Shown: positions 1 to 11,833 of the stretch, piece by piece
How the letters are laid out: the number at the start of each line of letters is the position of its first letter
Position numbering within the stretch: the first letter of the stretch is position 1
Origin: Scyliorhinus canicula
Lineage: Eukaryota
Assembly (NCBI RefSeq): GCF_902713615.1
Contig: NC_052151.1
Location: 220,622,863 to 220,686,862 of the forward strand
Reading direction: 5' to 3'
Length of the DNA: 64,000 nucleotides
The notes under the pieces: model-generated
The model's input: only the letters and a program-made list of their open reading frames with translations
Told to the model about the DNA's origin: nothing
The model's database searches: none
Made by a program: the position numbers and the translations under genes

Positions 1-132
1 CTCGTATGGGATTACACACAGATCTCGGGATTCAAAGATTCAATGCAAAGTCTCTAATTTCTGGCTCGCTTGAAGGTTGTAACTTATTTGATATAATGCT
101 TACATTTAAGAACGTAATCAATTAAGAATTAC

Positions 133-239
133 CTTAGCTTTCCAGGCAAATATTGAGACGAATATTGCGTACAAGATGCTTTTGCTGAACACAATAAGGT
201 ATGTCAATTTTGCTGTTCCCATGCCTTGCATTTTCACTT
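133..239 (-). CDS. TRBC: TCR beta constant region exon 3 (connecting peptide + transmembrane)
   Basis: Acceptor ccactccacag|AAGTG, donor GCTAAG|GTAATT; 107 nt, phase 1 to 0. Encodes EVKMQGMGTAKLTYLIVFSKSILYAIFVSIFAWKAK with the TCR TM motif Y-x5-K-x3-Y (CD3-binding Lys). Confidence 0.95.
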
Positions 240-829
240 CTGTGGAGTGGATATAAGGCAAGCAGGATGTTGACAATTTCTTCTTTAAATTAAGACGTTG
301 TACCGATGACCATGAATACATTTTCATATCAGGTGCAAAAAGTTTGATTCAAATTGGACAAGAAAGAAAATTCCCGCTTTGATGCAATGAATGTTTTACT
401 TTACAATATTTCACTGCAGCACGTGTTCTCCAACAAAATACCATAATCAATACTACAGATCACTGTTCCTATTGGGGCCTTTGACAGGTAATAATATTCT
501 AGGTTCAAGTTCCAGATCAGTGCCTCTCGCTTTCTTTTTCCCCCCACAGCCTCTCTACATCTCATGGTAAAAAGATGACATCTATGTCCCTGAATCTGTT
601 ATCATCAGCCATGATAACAGCTTTCCCTTCTTTGTCTTCCCAAACCTATAGTTGTTCTGTACACCTGTTCAAAACCTCAACTCAATGCCCTCTGATCCCA
701 CTAATACAACCCGGATCTAACATCTGAACTAAAATCAAATCCCTGGGATAGTTCTGATGAATACTTTCTGGAGACAATGCTTCCTGAAATGTAGCGACCG
801 AATGCAGGCGAATGGAAATAGAGACTTAC

Positions 830-850
830 CCTTACTAATACCACAGATTC
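830..850 (-). CDS. TRBC: TCR beta constant region exon 2 (hinge with interchain Cys)
   Basis: Acceptor tttcatttcttctttttcag|GAATCTGTGGTATTAGTAAGG|gtaagt; 21 nt, phase 1-1, (R)ICGISK; in frame with exons 1 and 3. Confidence 0.9.
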
Positions 851-1165
851 CTGAAAAAGAAGAAATGAAAAAAATCATTTAGCTTCTGAATATTCAAAGA
901 TATCACGTTGTAAATGCAGAATATGACAGATGTAATTCACAATGGCAATGTTGCGTGTTTTCTATAACACGGCTCCTTAGTAAGTAACAGTGTCGGTCTA
1001 TCTATTTCTATAATGATTATGTTATTTGACTTGTCAGTGAATGATTGAATCATTGATTAATATGCTCTGTTATCCATTGCTTTTGGCACAGAGACTAATT
1101 AGAAGCAAATCCTTGCTATAGTTGAAGCTGAATTAAAATGGCACCCGTGTCCCATGTGGACTTAC

Positions 1166-1504
1166 TGGCGTTGACGGTTAATTTTGAGCTGAATGTAGTA
1201 GGATCGGATCCATTCGAATAGTGATTCACTTTGCACTCAACGGTCTTCGACAGGGCCCATGTTTGCTGATCAAATCTCAGCCGACTGCTGATGCTATATG
1301 AATCGGGCCCTCCGATGGAAGTGAGGTCAGTCTGAATGTTTGGGTCGTTGTCCGGCTTCACATTGTCATCTACAAACCAGAGGATCTGGATGTTGTCTGG
1401 GTAGAAATCAATGACCGTGCAAACCACGGTTGCTTTCTCTTTATCCTGAATCTCTTCGGGCGAGGGATCGAAGAGAGTAATTTTTGGATCTCGCAGCGGC
1501 CGGT
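1166..1504 (-). CDS. TRBC: TCR beta constant region exon 1 (Ig C1 domain)
   Basis: Acceptor cccacacag|ACCGG, donor GCCA|GTAAGT; 339 nt. (D)RPLRDPKITLFDPSPEEIQDKEKATVVCTVIDFYPDNIQILWFVD...YSISSRLRF...VECKVNHY matches Cβ hallmarks (PS-EI--K-KAT-VC, FYPD, YS-SSRLR). Confidence 0.97.
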
Positions 1505-2859
1505 CTGTGTGGGAATTAACCAAATCATGGAGATTATATGGGTGAGAATGAAAATGAACTAATACCATTAAACAACAGAACTTTAAATTGTATTGCAAAT
1601 ATTGTTAGCTCTGCGGAAATTCTGAAATAACATGGAACCCATTATTAATGTCACACCGAATCAAATACATTATATGGGAGCTCTGTCCGTTTGAATCAAA
1701 ACTACAGATAAATCAGAATCTTCTCTTCCACATGTGAAGTGCAATTGGCTGTGATAACCGGGAATTTCTCCCGTCTTTTACAAACACTTTCTCGGGATTC
1801 GAATTTAACTTGTCGGCCAAAATTGTGAAGCAGCCCTCTTCCTGTTGCATGATTCTGCACCCTTACTAGTAAGGACATGATGCTGAAACTTGATAAAACA
1901 GCCGTTCGGTTGATTATTCCGCACTGCCTGATAAGTTAATTTAAGAAAGATGTGAGAAACCTTGAGATTTTGACAAAGAAACTGACACCAACGGAGCCAG
2001 AAATGAGGAGTTGCACTCATAATGGTAGGTTGGAGAAGTTAGAAAATGAATTGCTGTTACTCTTTTGCCGTTTAGAGCACAAAGGTTTAATGCGTTGAAC
2101 AAGCGATTAAGAGAAAATTAAAGGGACATTTTGTTGTATAATGAATGTATTAATGATTCAGAACTCGATACTCACAGGTATGCTGGAGTCTGAGCTGTGC
2201 GATATTTTTTTAACAAGGCATTGCAAGAACAACTGAGGATTTTACCTTGCGGAGGGAAGGGGACAGTGTCGGTTAATGGACAGCCTTGATGTCTTTTTAG
2301 AGAGCCTGTATGCTCTGCAGGGGCAAATTAATTGTCTTTCTGTTGTTCTAATTCCATTGCTCTTTGACTGTAAGGATAAAGTTGTCTCGTTCACGAAATG
2401 TTCCCCTATTGTAATCAGTATACGGACTGAATAACGCAGTTAAGAGAGAGTATATTAGGCTGATCATGCCAGTACCGGTTCTTCGGTAGAGTTGTGGAAA
2501 TGTACGTCTGAATTATTGGTGATAATCTTAGAAGTGCAGTCCCTGTGCATCTCACTGTTCCCTCACCCCAACAAGTGAAATGTATTCCAATGTTTCTTCC
2601 CCACCAGCCAGCCTCCCACGTGTCAGAGGTCTGTGAGCTTGTCGCTCAACTTATTTCTTCTTCGATAAAACAGGTCATGTCTGCTGCATCCTCCCTGTGT
2701 TCTGGATAACCCCGTAGTTGTGCGCAATCATTTCAATGTGCTGTTCCGCCTTCTGTGACACTTATTTCTTATTTTAGTCGAGATAGAACGTCACAATACT
2801 AAGTCTATGTATTTTGTTTTTTATGACACATAGGCGCAAGGCAAGGCCAGCATGTGTTG

Positions 2860-3190
2860 CCAAATCCTTTAAACTGAGTTCTTTGCCACATTATTTCCGA
2901 TGCTATTTAAGAGTGAAGCACATTGCTTTGGCTCTGGAGTCACACGCAGGCCACACGCAGGCCATACCAGGTAAAATTTCCTGCTCTCCTACCCTAAAGG
3001 ACATTCGGGAACCAAATGGGGCTTTACAACAATCTCAAGTGGTTTACATGGTGACCAGTACTGAAACACGCTTTTAATTTCAGTTTAAAGGTTGGGTACG
3101 AATTACACCAGGGCCTGTGCTAGGACCGAACCTGTATCTACTGAGCATCAGCCTTGGCCTGCTGGATTACAACTGACACTACCATTTCCC
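2860..3190 (+). repeat. Decayed ancient SINE/LINE 3'-end relic in the J-C intron
   Basis: Resembles repeat text common in shark genomes (ccctaaaggacatt...ttacaacaatc; gaacc...agcatcagccttggcc...ggattac); family not determined. Confidence 0.4.
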
Positions 3191-6150
3191 CATCATGTCC
3201 AACAAAATATGATCCAACTAATTTTCCACGAGACGGTCATGCATATTATTCACTTTTGAATACTTTAATTTTTTAATGATATAACTTGCTCATTATTGTC
3301 TTGTTCAGATTGGATAATAATAAATGTTGAAATTGTAAGACGGTATTATTTCGTATTGCATAAGGGACACTAATTCGAATTAAGCCTGCACATTGCTAAA
3401 AGACAGATTAAAGCTAAAGCGGACTCAAATATAACCATTTATGTGTATTTATGCTCACCCTCGAAGCGAACAATCAGGAATCTCAGAATCTAACAGTACG
3501 TGCAAGCCATTAGAATTACTGTGTCATTCTTGGCTCTTTAATGATATCGTTATGTACCTTTTGAATCCATTGCATTTGTCTGTGGCTATTCCATTCAATT
3601 TACTTGTCTTCATAATATATGGCTAGTTACTATCACTATACAAAACATTTATACATATCAGACTTTAAACACCATATTTACGTCAACACCTCCCTCGACC
3701 TCCACCTCAAGCAAACAGGCAAAATGCATATTTTTAGGTCATGTTGAGCAAGGACGGTGGTTATTATGAGACTCCAGATTTCCATCTGGAATTGTGAAAG
3801 CCGTCTCTTCCTGATTGAATTCTATATGGCCTAGCCAGGAAACTAAGATATTCCTCTATTGTTAAAAATACTGACGAATACATCAGGCAACGTTAATATA
3901 ATATTTCATAATACACTTCGCAGCCCACACTGCTGATCAATTGATATTTAACGTGTTACTACTGTATTACTCTTGTTGAACCATTTCGAATGAACAAAAT
4001 TGTATAAGGAATTATTTGGGCTGTGACGGTAATTATTTGCCCTTTAGTGGGATGTCTGATTCGCGAGATGTATGATTCGCGAAGACAGTTACAAATGAGT
4101 CCGTGCAAGAATAAAAGCATTGAAGACCTCTCCAAACGCTGTTGAGGGGAGAGTGTGAGAGAAGGGTATGGGGGAGTAGGGGTGAGGAGCAGTTTTTGGA
4201 CAGTGCTGGTGAGTCCACCTTTACAGGTCGTCCCTCCTGGTTACCCAGATTTGACAAAGGTAGCTGTGGCTGCCTCTTTTAACTGTTACAGGCCGTATGT
4301 TTACAGCTAGGTTGGACATAGTATCCCAACATATCAACACACACGGTAAAACAGCATGAGGAGGCTTTGCTGGCTCTCATTATGGAGACTCCAGTCTGCG
4401 GGGAAATGTAGACCAGTATCTTTAGAAACCTGTATTTGGTGTTACCCCTCTGCAATGTAAACTAATAACAAATACCCTTCGAAGGACATTCCAATTTATT
4501 TAGTTAGATTGACATGTAAAAACAGTTACATTGTAAATATTAGAGAAGAATTGTTCTTGGTGTTTAGAACTGAAGTAGTGAAGTGTATTTGCCAATTGGA
4601 GATTATAAATTAGACTATCGAATGTTTGATAGTGAAATTGAAGTATCCGTGGTCGCAATGATTTGTCTTGCAATTAACAAAATAAAAGCCACATTAAACG
4701 ACATGATTAATCTTGATGCGCCATTTTTCAACATTTGTATTCGATAAAACAAAAATACAGCTGGCCAATAAATGAAACAATTGTCAGTCGTTTGCCTCAA
4801 ACCGAGTCCCTGACACATTGTTCTTCCGGAGATTACTCATTACATGTTTACAGTTTCCATATTTTCGTTTGTGATCCATTTATTTCTTTCTGTCTCTCTC
4901 TCTCTTTGAATCGACTTTCTCAATTTGTATTTTTCTGGATTTGCTGACACCCAAATTTATCAACTTCTTCCCCATCACTCAATTTCCATAAATCAGACTT
5001 TAACTCCTGTCGTTCATGGCTGTGCCATTTACCCAGGTTGCCTTGCTGCTCCGTTTCCGACTCAGAATTTCGGAACTTTGCAGCCTGATTTGGTGAGTGT
5101 CGCATGGGAAATGTGCTGCCCACAACCTATGCCTTATAATTCTCAGGTTTACCAAAATTCCATTAAAAATTTGTTCAAAGTTTTCATAACTACCGAGATG
5201 TATGGGTTTGTCCATGATAAGCCGGTCCAGGGAGACACGTTACAATAATCTATTAAACACGGTGATTGTGAATGGGGTCTCTCAATGGGATTGACATATA
5301 ATAGTTCCACAGGTTCAAGCAATCCAAGAGAATATTATTGAAATGCTTTAGGGTGTCCTCAACAACAAACAGTAAAATAACTTTCGAGACGGGTCGCACA
5401 TTGACCCATAAGCTAAAAATGATAAATGAACAACCTTCCTAAATGTGTGTTCAAAGAATGAACTTGTATCCTATCCAATTTTATTTTGCAAACATCGGCA
5501 AACCCATGTTTTAGATAGCACTTTTAACGCACCTGAACGTCAAATTTGCTCAGATGATGTACATGGAAGTAGATATTTGAGGGGATAGTGAAACACGTAT
5601 TTCAGTAATGATGTTTTTGAGAAGCAACTTTCAGGCAATGGGTGGACTGATGCATTTGGAGTGTTTTGAAGTGATGAGGCACGAGGTTGACGGCATGTTG
5701 CAGAAGTAGTGAAGATGTCATGGAACTATTTAAACAGAGATATGGAGGGTGTTAGAAACCAAATGGAGATATTACAAAGCTAGTAGTAATCGCCAAAATG
5801 AATGAATGAGGAAATATTAGAGACGCACACTCTGCGCCACATGGACAGAGGTGCTTGAGATTCGTGGCTCTTCGGCAGCTTCTCAAGTGCAATTGCGGGT
5901 GTGCAACAAATACTGACTTTGTCAGCTTGTCAGATCTCTTGACAAATGAGAGAAACGCAAACGTCTTTCTATGTTTTAAATTAAGGACACATTTAAATAT
6001 TTACAACGAAGTCTGACTCTGGCATTGTGCGCTTCAAATATTTAATTTGGAAATAAAGCCAAACGATTCCATTTCACTCAATTTCTCATTTGGGAACTGA
6101 AAATCACAAAAGGAGAATTAAGTGAATCGTGTTTCGAACTTTCTACTCAC

Positions 6151-6203
6151 CCAACACAATCAGTTTGGTCCCGTCACCAAAGAAATACTCGTAGCTACCA
6201 GAG
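6151..6203 (-). CDS. TRBJ: TRBJ segment J8 (C-proximal)
   Basis: SGSYEYFFGDGTKLIVL, donor G|GTGAGT; 12-RSS CACAGTA(6204-6210)-12-GCTAAAACT(6223-6231). Confidence 0.93.
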
Positions 6204-6508
6204 CACAGTATTTTAAACCACTGCTAAAACTACTGAGTTCTCTGAACGGGTCCGGTATATTTAAAATACTGATTACGCTAATTCTGCGTCCACGGCATCC
6301 AAATCAAGAGTATCCACACGATTTTCCACGTGTTTACTCATACATGTTTAAAGGATCAGTGTCCCCCCGTGCCCCCCGAGTGTCTTCTTGCGTCCACATA
6401 ATAAATGCACTGTGTAATGGAAAACGTTCTTTCCACAACCAACCGTGAAACGTCAACGTATGTTGACAATATGCATGATCAGAGTTGACATAACATTGCT
6501 GTACTCAC

Positions 6509-6558
6509 CTTTTACAACCAATTTGGTGCCGCTGCCGAAGTAGTACTCATACCCCGAA
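6509..6558 (-). CDS. TRBJ: TRBJ segment J7
   Basis: SGYEYYFGSGTKLVVK, donor G|GTGAGT; consensus heptamer CACAGTG(6559-6565), weak nonamer (CAGGAAACT, 6578-6586). Confidence 0.92.
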
Positions 6559-7415
6559 CACAGTGTGAGACGCATGTCAGGAAACTTCATACGGTAACTG
6601 AGGTAGCGTTGCTGCCTCTTTCACGTTTGCAGCAGCACTTCACGCCCTCATCAATACATAATTTGAAATAACTTAGCTTTTTATAATCTTTCTGGCTCTA
6701 CATAATCTTTCTTATCAGCCCATGGTCAAACCGTGTAGATGCGTCGGACTAGGCTATCCAGCCTTTTATTTCCTCTCGATTTGGACATGAGCTATAGGTA
6801 CCCGAATTTGTTTGAAAAAAAGTTAGGTTTTTCATATTGCTCCGGAAAACTGAGTTAGGGATATGATTATTCAGAATTCATAACACTGATTTTACAGTTC
6901 TGAAAATTTCCATTCTATTCAACAATATTTTCCCAGCCTTCAGGAAATAAATGTTGTTCATACCATACTACGAACTAAACAAAAACCACGGATATCGAAT
7001 GATCCTCATTTTTACCCGCAGTTTCGTGACATTTTTTTACAGCTTTGAGACAAAATGCATATTTCTATACATTTCTACACGATTAATCTGTGCAGTGGAA
7101 TCATTCAGTACCGTGTGGCATTCATTATTCCTCAACACCCTCTCATTAATAGTTTTTTTTTAATCTATGCGCTCCTTTCTACTGCATTGTTAATAATATT
7201 ATGCTCGCTTTTTTGTCTAGATTATGGTCTGTATCTTGACCCACTGTATATCTATTTGCCTATCTTGCCATCGGCACGATCCAATAAGATTTGTTCCATA
7301 ATTATGTACAGGTATTTTAATTTAGGTTTCTTTAATATATACATTTTCCCCAGATTTTATAGTCATTCTTGGTTGAGCAAACAGATCTCTAGTTCAAATA
7401 CTTATTGAACCCAAA

Positions 7416-8098
7416 GTTCATAAGAGCATAAGGGATAGGAGCTGAGTAGGCCATTAAGCCCATCGATTCTGCTCCACCATTCAATGACGGCTGATATTTT
7501 CTCATCCCCGTTCTCCCCGTAACCCCTGATGCTCTTATTAATCAAGATCCTATCTATTTCTGTTTTTACTACACTCAGTGATCTGGCATCAATTGCTTTA
7601 TGTGGTTAAGAGTTCTACAGATTCAGCACCCTCTGGCTGAAGACATTCTTCCTCGTTGGTGTTTTAAAATAACCTTCCCTTTAGTCTGAGATTGTGTCCT
7701 GTGCTTTTAGTTTTCTCCACAAGAAGAACATCCTCTTCACGTCCACTCTATCCAGGCCATGCAGTACCCTGAAAATTTCAATAAGATCCCCCCTCAACCT
7801 TCTAAACTCCAACGAGTAGAGACCCAGAATGAGTAGCGACCCTCAATCGTTCCTCATACGACAATCACTTCTTTCAAAGGATCATTGTTGTGAAACTCCT
7901 CTGGATCTTTTCCAAAGGCTAGCACTTTGTTCCTTCAGTACGGGTCCGAAATCTGTTCAACATACTCCAAATGAGGTCTGACCAGAGCCTTATGCAGCCC
8001 CATAAGTACCTCCTGGTCTTGTATTCAACCCTCTCAACATGAATTGTAACATTGCATTTGCCTTCCTAAATGCCGACTGAACCTGCACGTTAACCCTA
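7416..8098 (-). mobile_element. CR1-type LINE 3' fragment within the J cluster
   Basis: Degenerate RT C-terminus and 3' tail homologous to the CR1 copies at 20.4-21.1 kb and 59.6-60.0 kb. Confidence 0.8.
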
Positions 8099-8117
8099 AG
8101 ACCAATATTTCACTCGC

Positions 8118-8175
8118 CTACTACTGTTAAGTTAGTGCCATCTCCAAAGTACATGCTCTGGCTATTTGCTGTGCC
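8118..8175 (-). CDS. TRBJ: TRBJ segment J6 (long, GC splice donor)
   Basis: GTANSQSMYFGDGTNLTVV (58 nt); donor TAG|GCGAGT; 12-RSS CACATGA(8176-8182)-12-AGAAAAATG(8195-8203). Confidence 0.85.
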
Positions 8176-8683
8176 CACATGATCATGAGACATCAGAAAA
8201 ATGTACCTGAACAGTGTCCTATCAAGTTAAACTGTTCCGACAATTAATTTATGATGTTTGGCTTTTGGCTAACATAAAAGAGCCAGAAGTCAAATTAAAT
8301 ATTAAGATAGACGATGTTTGAATTTAAAACATCTTCCCCAATGTGTGTCTTTTCATATGCGTGTGCAACTGTCAGTCAATTATTCCAGTTATCGTTTTGT
8401 CAATACTGGATGATTAACTGGGAATGAATAATGATTCAGTAAATTCTGCAGGCAATCTAAATCCTGAACAATGTTTGTTTTATCAAATAGAAATATGACT
8501 CAGACAAAACGGTTAATGTCGGCCCTTTCGCAAAATGTAAACATTGGTTGCTCCCCGAGCACTATCGCAAACAACAATATTAAAACATTAACAGCAAAAT
8601 AAATATGTCCATATATATAGACACATCGAAAAATGACTTGATAGATGGTTAGATAGGCAGATTAATTGAGATAGAAAACATAC

Positions 8684-8733
8684 CGACAACAGTCAACTTG
8701 GTCCCAGCTCCGAAGTAGTTAATGCTGCTAGAG
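8684..8733 (-). CDS. TRBJ: TRBJ segment J5
   Basis: SSSINYFGAGTKLTVV, donor G|GTATGT; RSS CACAAAG(8734-8740)-12-ATTAAAACC(8753-8761). Confidence 0.92.
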
Positions 8734-9610
8734 CACAAAGCTAGATCACTGTATTAAAACCTCCTATCACTCAGTGGCACATATGCCTTCATATCAAGGG
8801 ATAATATGTAAACAGAGGATCATGGTAACTTAAGGCATATAGAATCATTGTGACTTGCGCATAAACCATTCAGTTTTAAAAAGATTGCTGCAACATTTGC
8901 TGAAACTATCGCTCATATGTATCATAGCACGATGCACCTGCCTTTTGTCTATACCCTTTGACACCCTTGCCGAGCAAGATCGAGCAACATTAGAGCAAAA
9001 CTCTCTCAATCCTCAGCAATTTCTTGAGGTTGCACCGGTTGACGGGGAGACCACCGGTTGCACCAATACTTATGCCCTGCCGCCACCCGTGAACGGCCGA
9101 GTAGTGTTCCGAATGCTGCCACCGCCCTCCTCGCCCTCGTTTGGCACTGTCACCAATGGAAATATCTAGAGATAACACCACCTGTCGTTATGGTGGTATT
9201 TCTAACGTCTCAGTTCTGACATCAATCTTTATTTTTACCTGAAATAATGCTACTACATGGTTTTCTCCAACATAGTTTGTGAAAATGCATGTAGGCAAAT
9301 GACCTAAACTTTCTTACGTTTGACACTCCTTTCATTTTGTTCTACTGTCGCAGACGTTCGTGGCTGGCTGCTTGGAATTACATTGTCGCATGTTATTTTT
9401 TTCTGAGATTCTTTGCATGTTGTTCCCACACAACCATTGTCCTGCCGGAAAATGATTAGAGCAGTAGCGAATTTGTATTCGTAAGGTAAAGTGCCGAAAG
9501 GAATTGATCGAGTTCATTTTGTTCATTCCCACCATCCTCACGCCCCCACCCCACAAGATATGCTATTGAATTGAACAATGTTTATCAGTGTAGGCAATGC
9601 GGGCACTTAC

Positions 9611-9660
9611 CTAAAACGACTACTTTGGTCCCAGTTCCGAAGTATGCTTCGTAATTGCTA
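9611..9660 (-). CDS. TRBJ: TRBJ segment J4
   Basis: SNYEAYFGTGTKVVVL, donor G|GTAAGT; RSS CACAGCC(9661-9667)-TTACGAGGCTGT-CACAAAATC. Confidence 0.94.
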
Positions 9661-10208
9661 CACAGCCTTACGAGGCTGTCACAAAATCGACCTTGCACCT
9701 GTTAAGTCGGAATGCTCCATACCAGTACCTACTGTGGCTGTAACCATCAAGGAGTTGTTGACCCGAGGTCCAGGTGTGGCCAAATCGCCCCTGGAAGCGT
9801 CACATCATTCTAATTCGGCATCTTAACATCTTCCGCTTGCCTTGACCTAAATAGCGTTACCAACTAACTATTTATTTATATAGCGTTTCAAGTTTTTAAT
9901 TGACCGTCCCTGCATTAACGGATTTGGCGCGGATTTGAGGACAGGGAGAGAATTTAAGATGTATATTTTTTACAATGAGTTTGTTTCTGATATACCTCCT
10001 TAACAGCGTTTGTTTGAATGTATTTTTTCGGTCTACCTCCACAAGTGGAATTACTTTATATCTATCATTGCGCATGTTTTTAGCTTAAAGGTACGCTGAT
10101 ATCAATCCTTAATTTACTATACATACGGAAACCTAAAACAGGTCGACGTCATCACTTAGTCGCTTTACATATTTCACTATTTCCAATCTGAGGAATGTAT
10201 TCACTTAC

Positions 10209-10258
10209 CTAATACAACCAGTTTTGTCCCGCTTCCGAAGTATGCTTCTCTGTTGTTA
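10209..10258 (-). CDS. TRBJ: TRBJ segment J3
   Basis: NNREAYFGSGTKLVVL, donor G|GTAAGT; RSS CACAGCC(10259-10265)-GTACGAGGCTGT-CACAAAAATC. Confidence 0.94.
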
Positions 10259-11139
10259 CACAGCCGTACGAGGCTGTCACAAAAATCACCTTCGTATCTG
10301 GAAGGCGGCGTCTATTCTCCCGAAGAACTGTCTATGTTAATGAACGGTAAATTCTTTACGAACTTAGAGCCAGACTAAACTTTGAACCATTTCTGCTCCG
10401 TACCGAATCTACATTTACTACCTTTGGCTCGTTCACCATTAATAGAGTTACCCAGTAATGGTTTAACTGGATAGTGTGCGTAAGCTTTAATTTACCCACA
10501 ACAGGAATGCAGAAATGTGTCTTTGAGTGTGTGGTGTGGGGAGGGCGGCATGGAGAGCGGGTACGGTAGTAGCAATGCGGGGTTCGAGGGCCTGATTTCC
10601 ACGGGCTTTTGTACGGGGGTTAGTTTCTGAGAATCAGGCACGAACGTTCTAACTTCAATGTAAATTGTTCGGGTATATCCGTACGAGAGGATATCATTGT
10701 CTACCCACCCTCTGAGCTCGATCATTCGGCTTACGACGTTGCTATGTCACTGCTTCATGTTCTATATGTGAGGCAATATAAACTGAGTCTATGCATCCGA
10801 TCGGCAGCATTTATATTTAATATCTGAACACGACCCCTCCACACTTTTAGCCGCGCAAAGAAATATTTTTTGATTGCCAGATTTCGAACATATACAGATT
10901 CAATGAAAACAAAAATGAGGAACATTGTGCCTTTCCAAGGCCAGCTTAAACGACGATCAAACCTAATTCATGACAAGGCCGGAACGCACCCTTTCAAACT
11001 GAACGTGGTTGAGAATACTGCAGGCTAAAACTCACAGACCGATTGATGTTTTGGACAACTTTTGAAAAGGCAAGCATAATATTCATCAATACCCTGTGCG
11101 GACTACTTAGTTAAGAAGTTGAAGGAAAGATTGACTCAC

Positions 11140-11187
11140 CCAGAATAGTTAATTTGGTGCCTTTACCAAAGTAGTAGACATCTGCAG
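11140..11187 (-). CDS. TRBJ: TRBJ segment J2
   Basis: ADVYYFGKGTKLTIL, donor G|GTGAGT; RSS CACTGTG(11188-11194)-TCACAACAGCGT-CACAAAATG. Confidence 0.93.
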
Positions 11188-11785
11188 CACTGTGTCACAA
11201 CAGCGTCACAAAATGGCTGAAGGTATTTTTCTTTCGAATATCAAAAAATGGAAATCCAAGCTGTCTGGTTCTCTTATGGAAGGCAAGGCCTTGTTCTAAC
11301 CTTCCTGATAGCATACTAATCTATTAACGGTGCGCCGGTCAATCTGAATTTGTGAACTGCATGCCCACCTTCATAGCGCAAAGATAGAGACTGCCTATCA
11401 TGGTCTAAGCTTTGGATGTAAACAATCTTGTATGGGTGCAATTATTTACTAATGTCAGGTTGTGCGTTCCAAGCACTGAGCAGTGTCCCATTTTACATGT
11501 AACTAACGGGGGACAATACCACCCCAATATAGGTTGATGTTAGCAAAAGTAAATTGGTGTTGTTCGATGATGCAGCAGCCATCTTTCCTTTGTTAGTTAA
11601 AAACAACGGGAGCGAGGCCAAGGGATCGATCACCGCACTAAGGTGACAATGGAAAGCCGTCTTTGAATGAAGAATAGACAAAGCGTGTTGAGGCAAAGTT
11701 AACAGGCGAAATTAGTTTCTAAGCAGTAAGTTTGGAAATCAAATACCTGAACATTAATCCACGGATAAAACATAATTTTTCTTAC

Positions 11786-11833
11786 CTAATACCGTAAGTT
11801 TGGTGCCTGACCCGAAATAGATTGTTGTTCCAG
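11786..11833 (-). CDS. TRBJ: TRBJ segment J1 (D-proximal)
   Basis: GTTIYFGSGTKLTVL, donor G|GTAAGA; RSS CACAGCA(11834-11840)-12-ACATCAACC(11853-11861). Confidence 0.93.
   Translation of the reverse strand: MEQQSISGQAPNLRY

Noticed and set aside
4200-4280. Similarity (aggtagc..gctgcctctt) to the sequence just 5' of the J7 RSS, with a CAC at the equivalent spacing
   Set aside because: No FGxG coding sequence, donor or usable nonamer; short match likely chance or old repeat.
6122-6448. Plus-strand 108-aa ORF
   Set aside because: Antisense shadow over J8 and its RSS; no independent coding evidence.
10380-10460. TTCGGTACGGAG (FGT) J-like fragment
   Set aside because: Lacks the second Gly in frame, has no splice donor and only a very poor RSS.
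11156-11194. Inverted cryptic 23-RSS inside J2 (CACAGTG-23-AAAGGCACC on the minus strand)
   Set aside because: Nonamer only 5/9 and lacks the critical A5/A6; GGCACC is simply the FGxGT codons.
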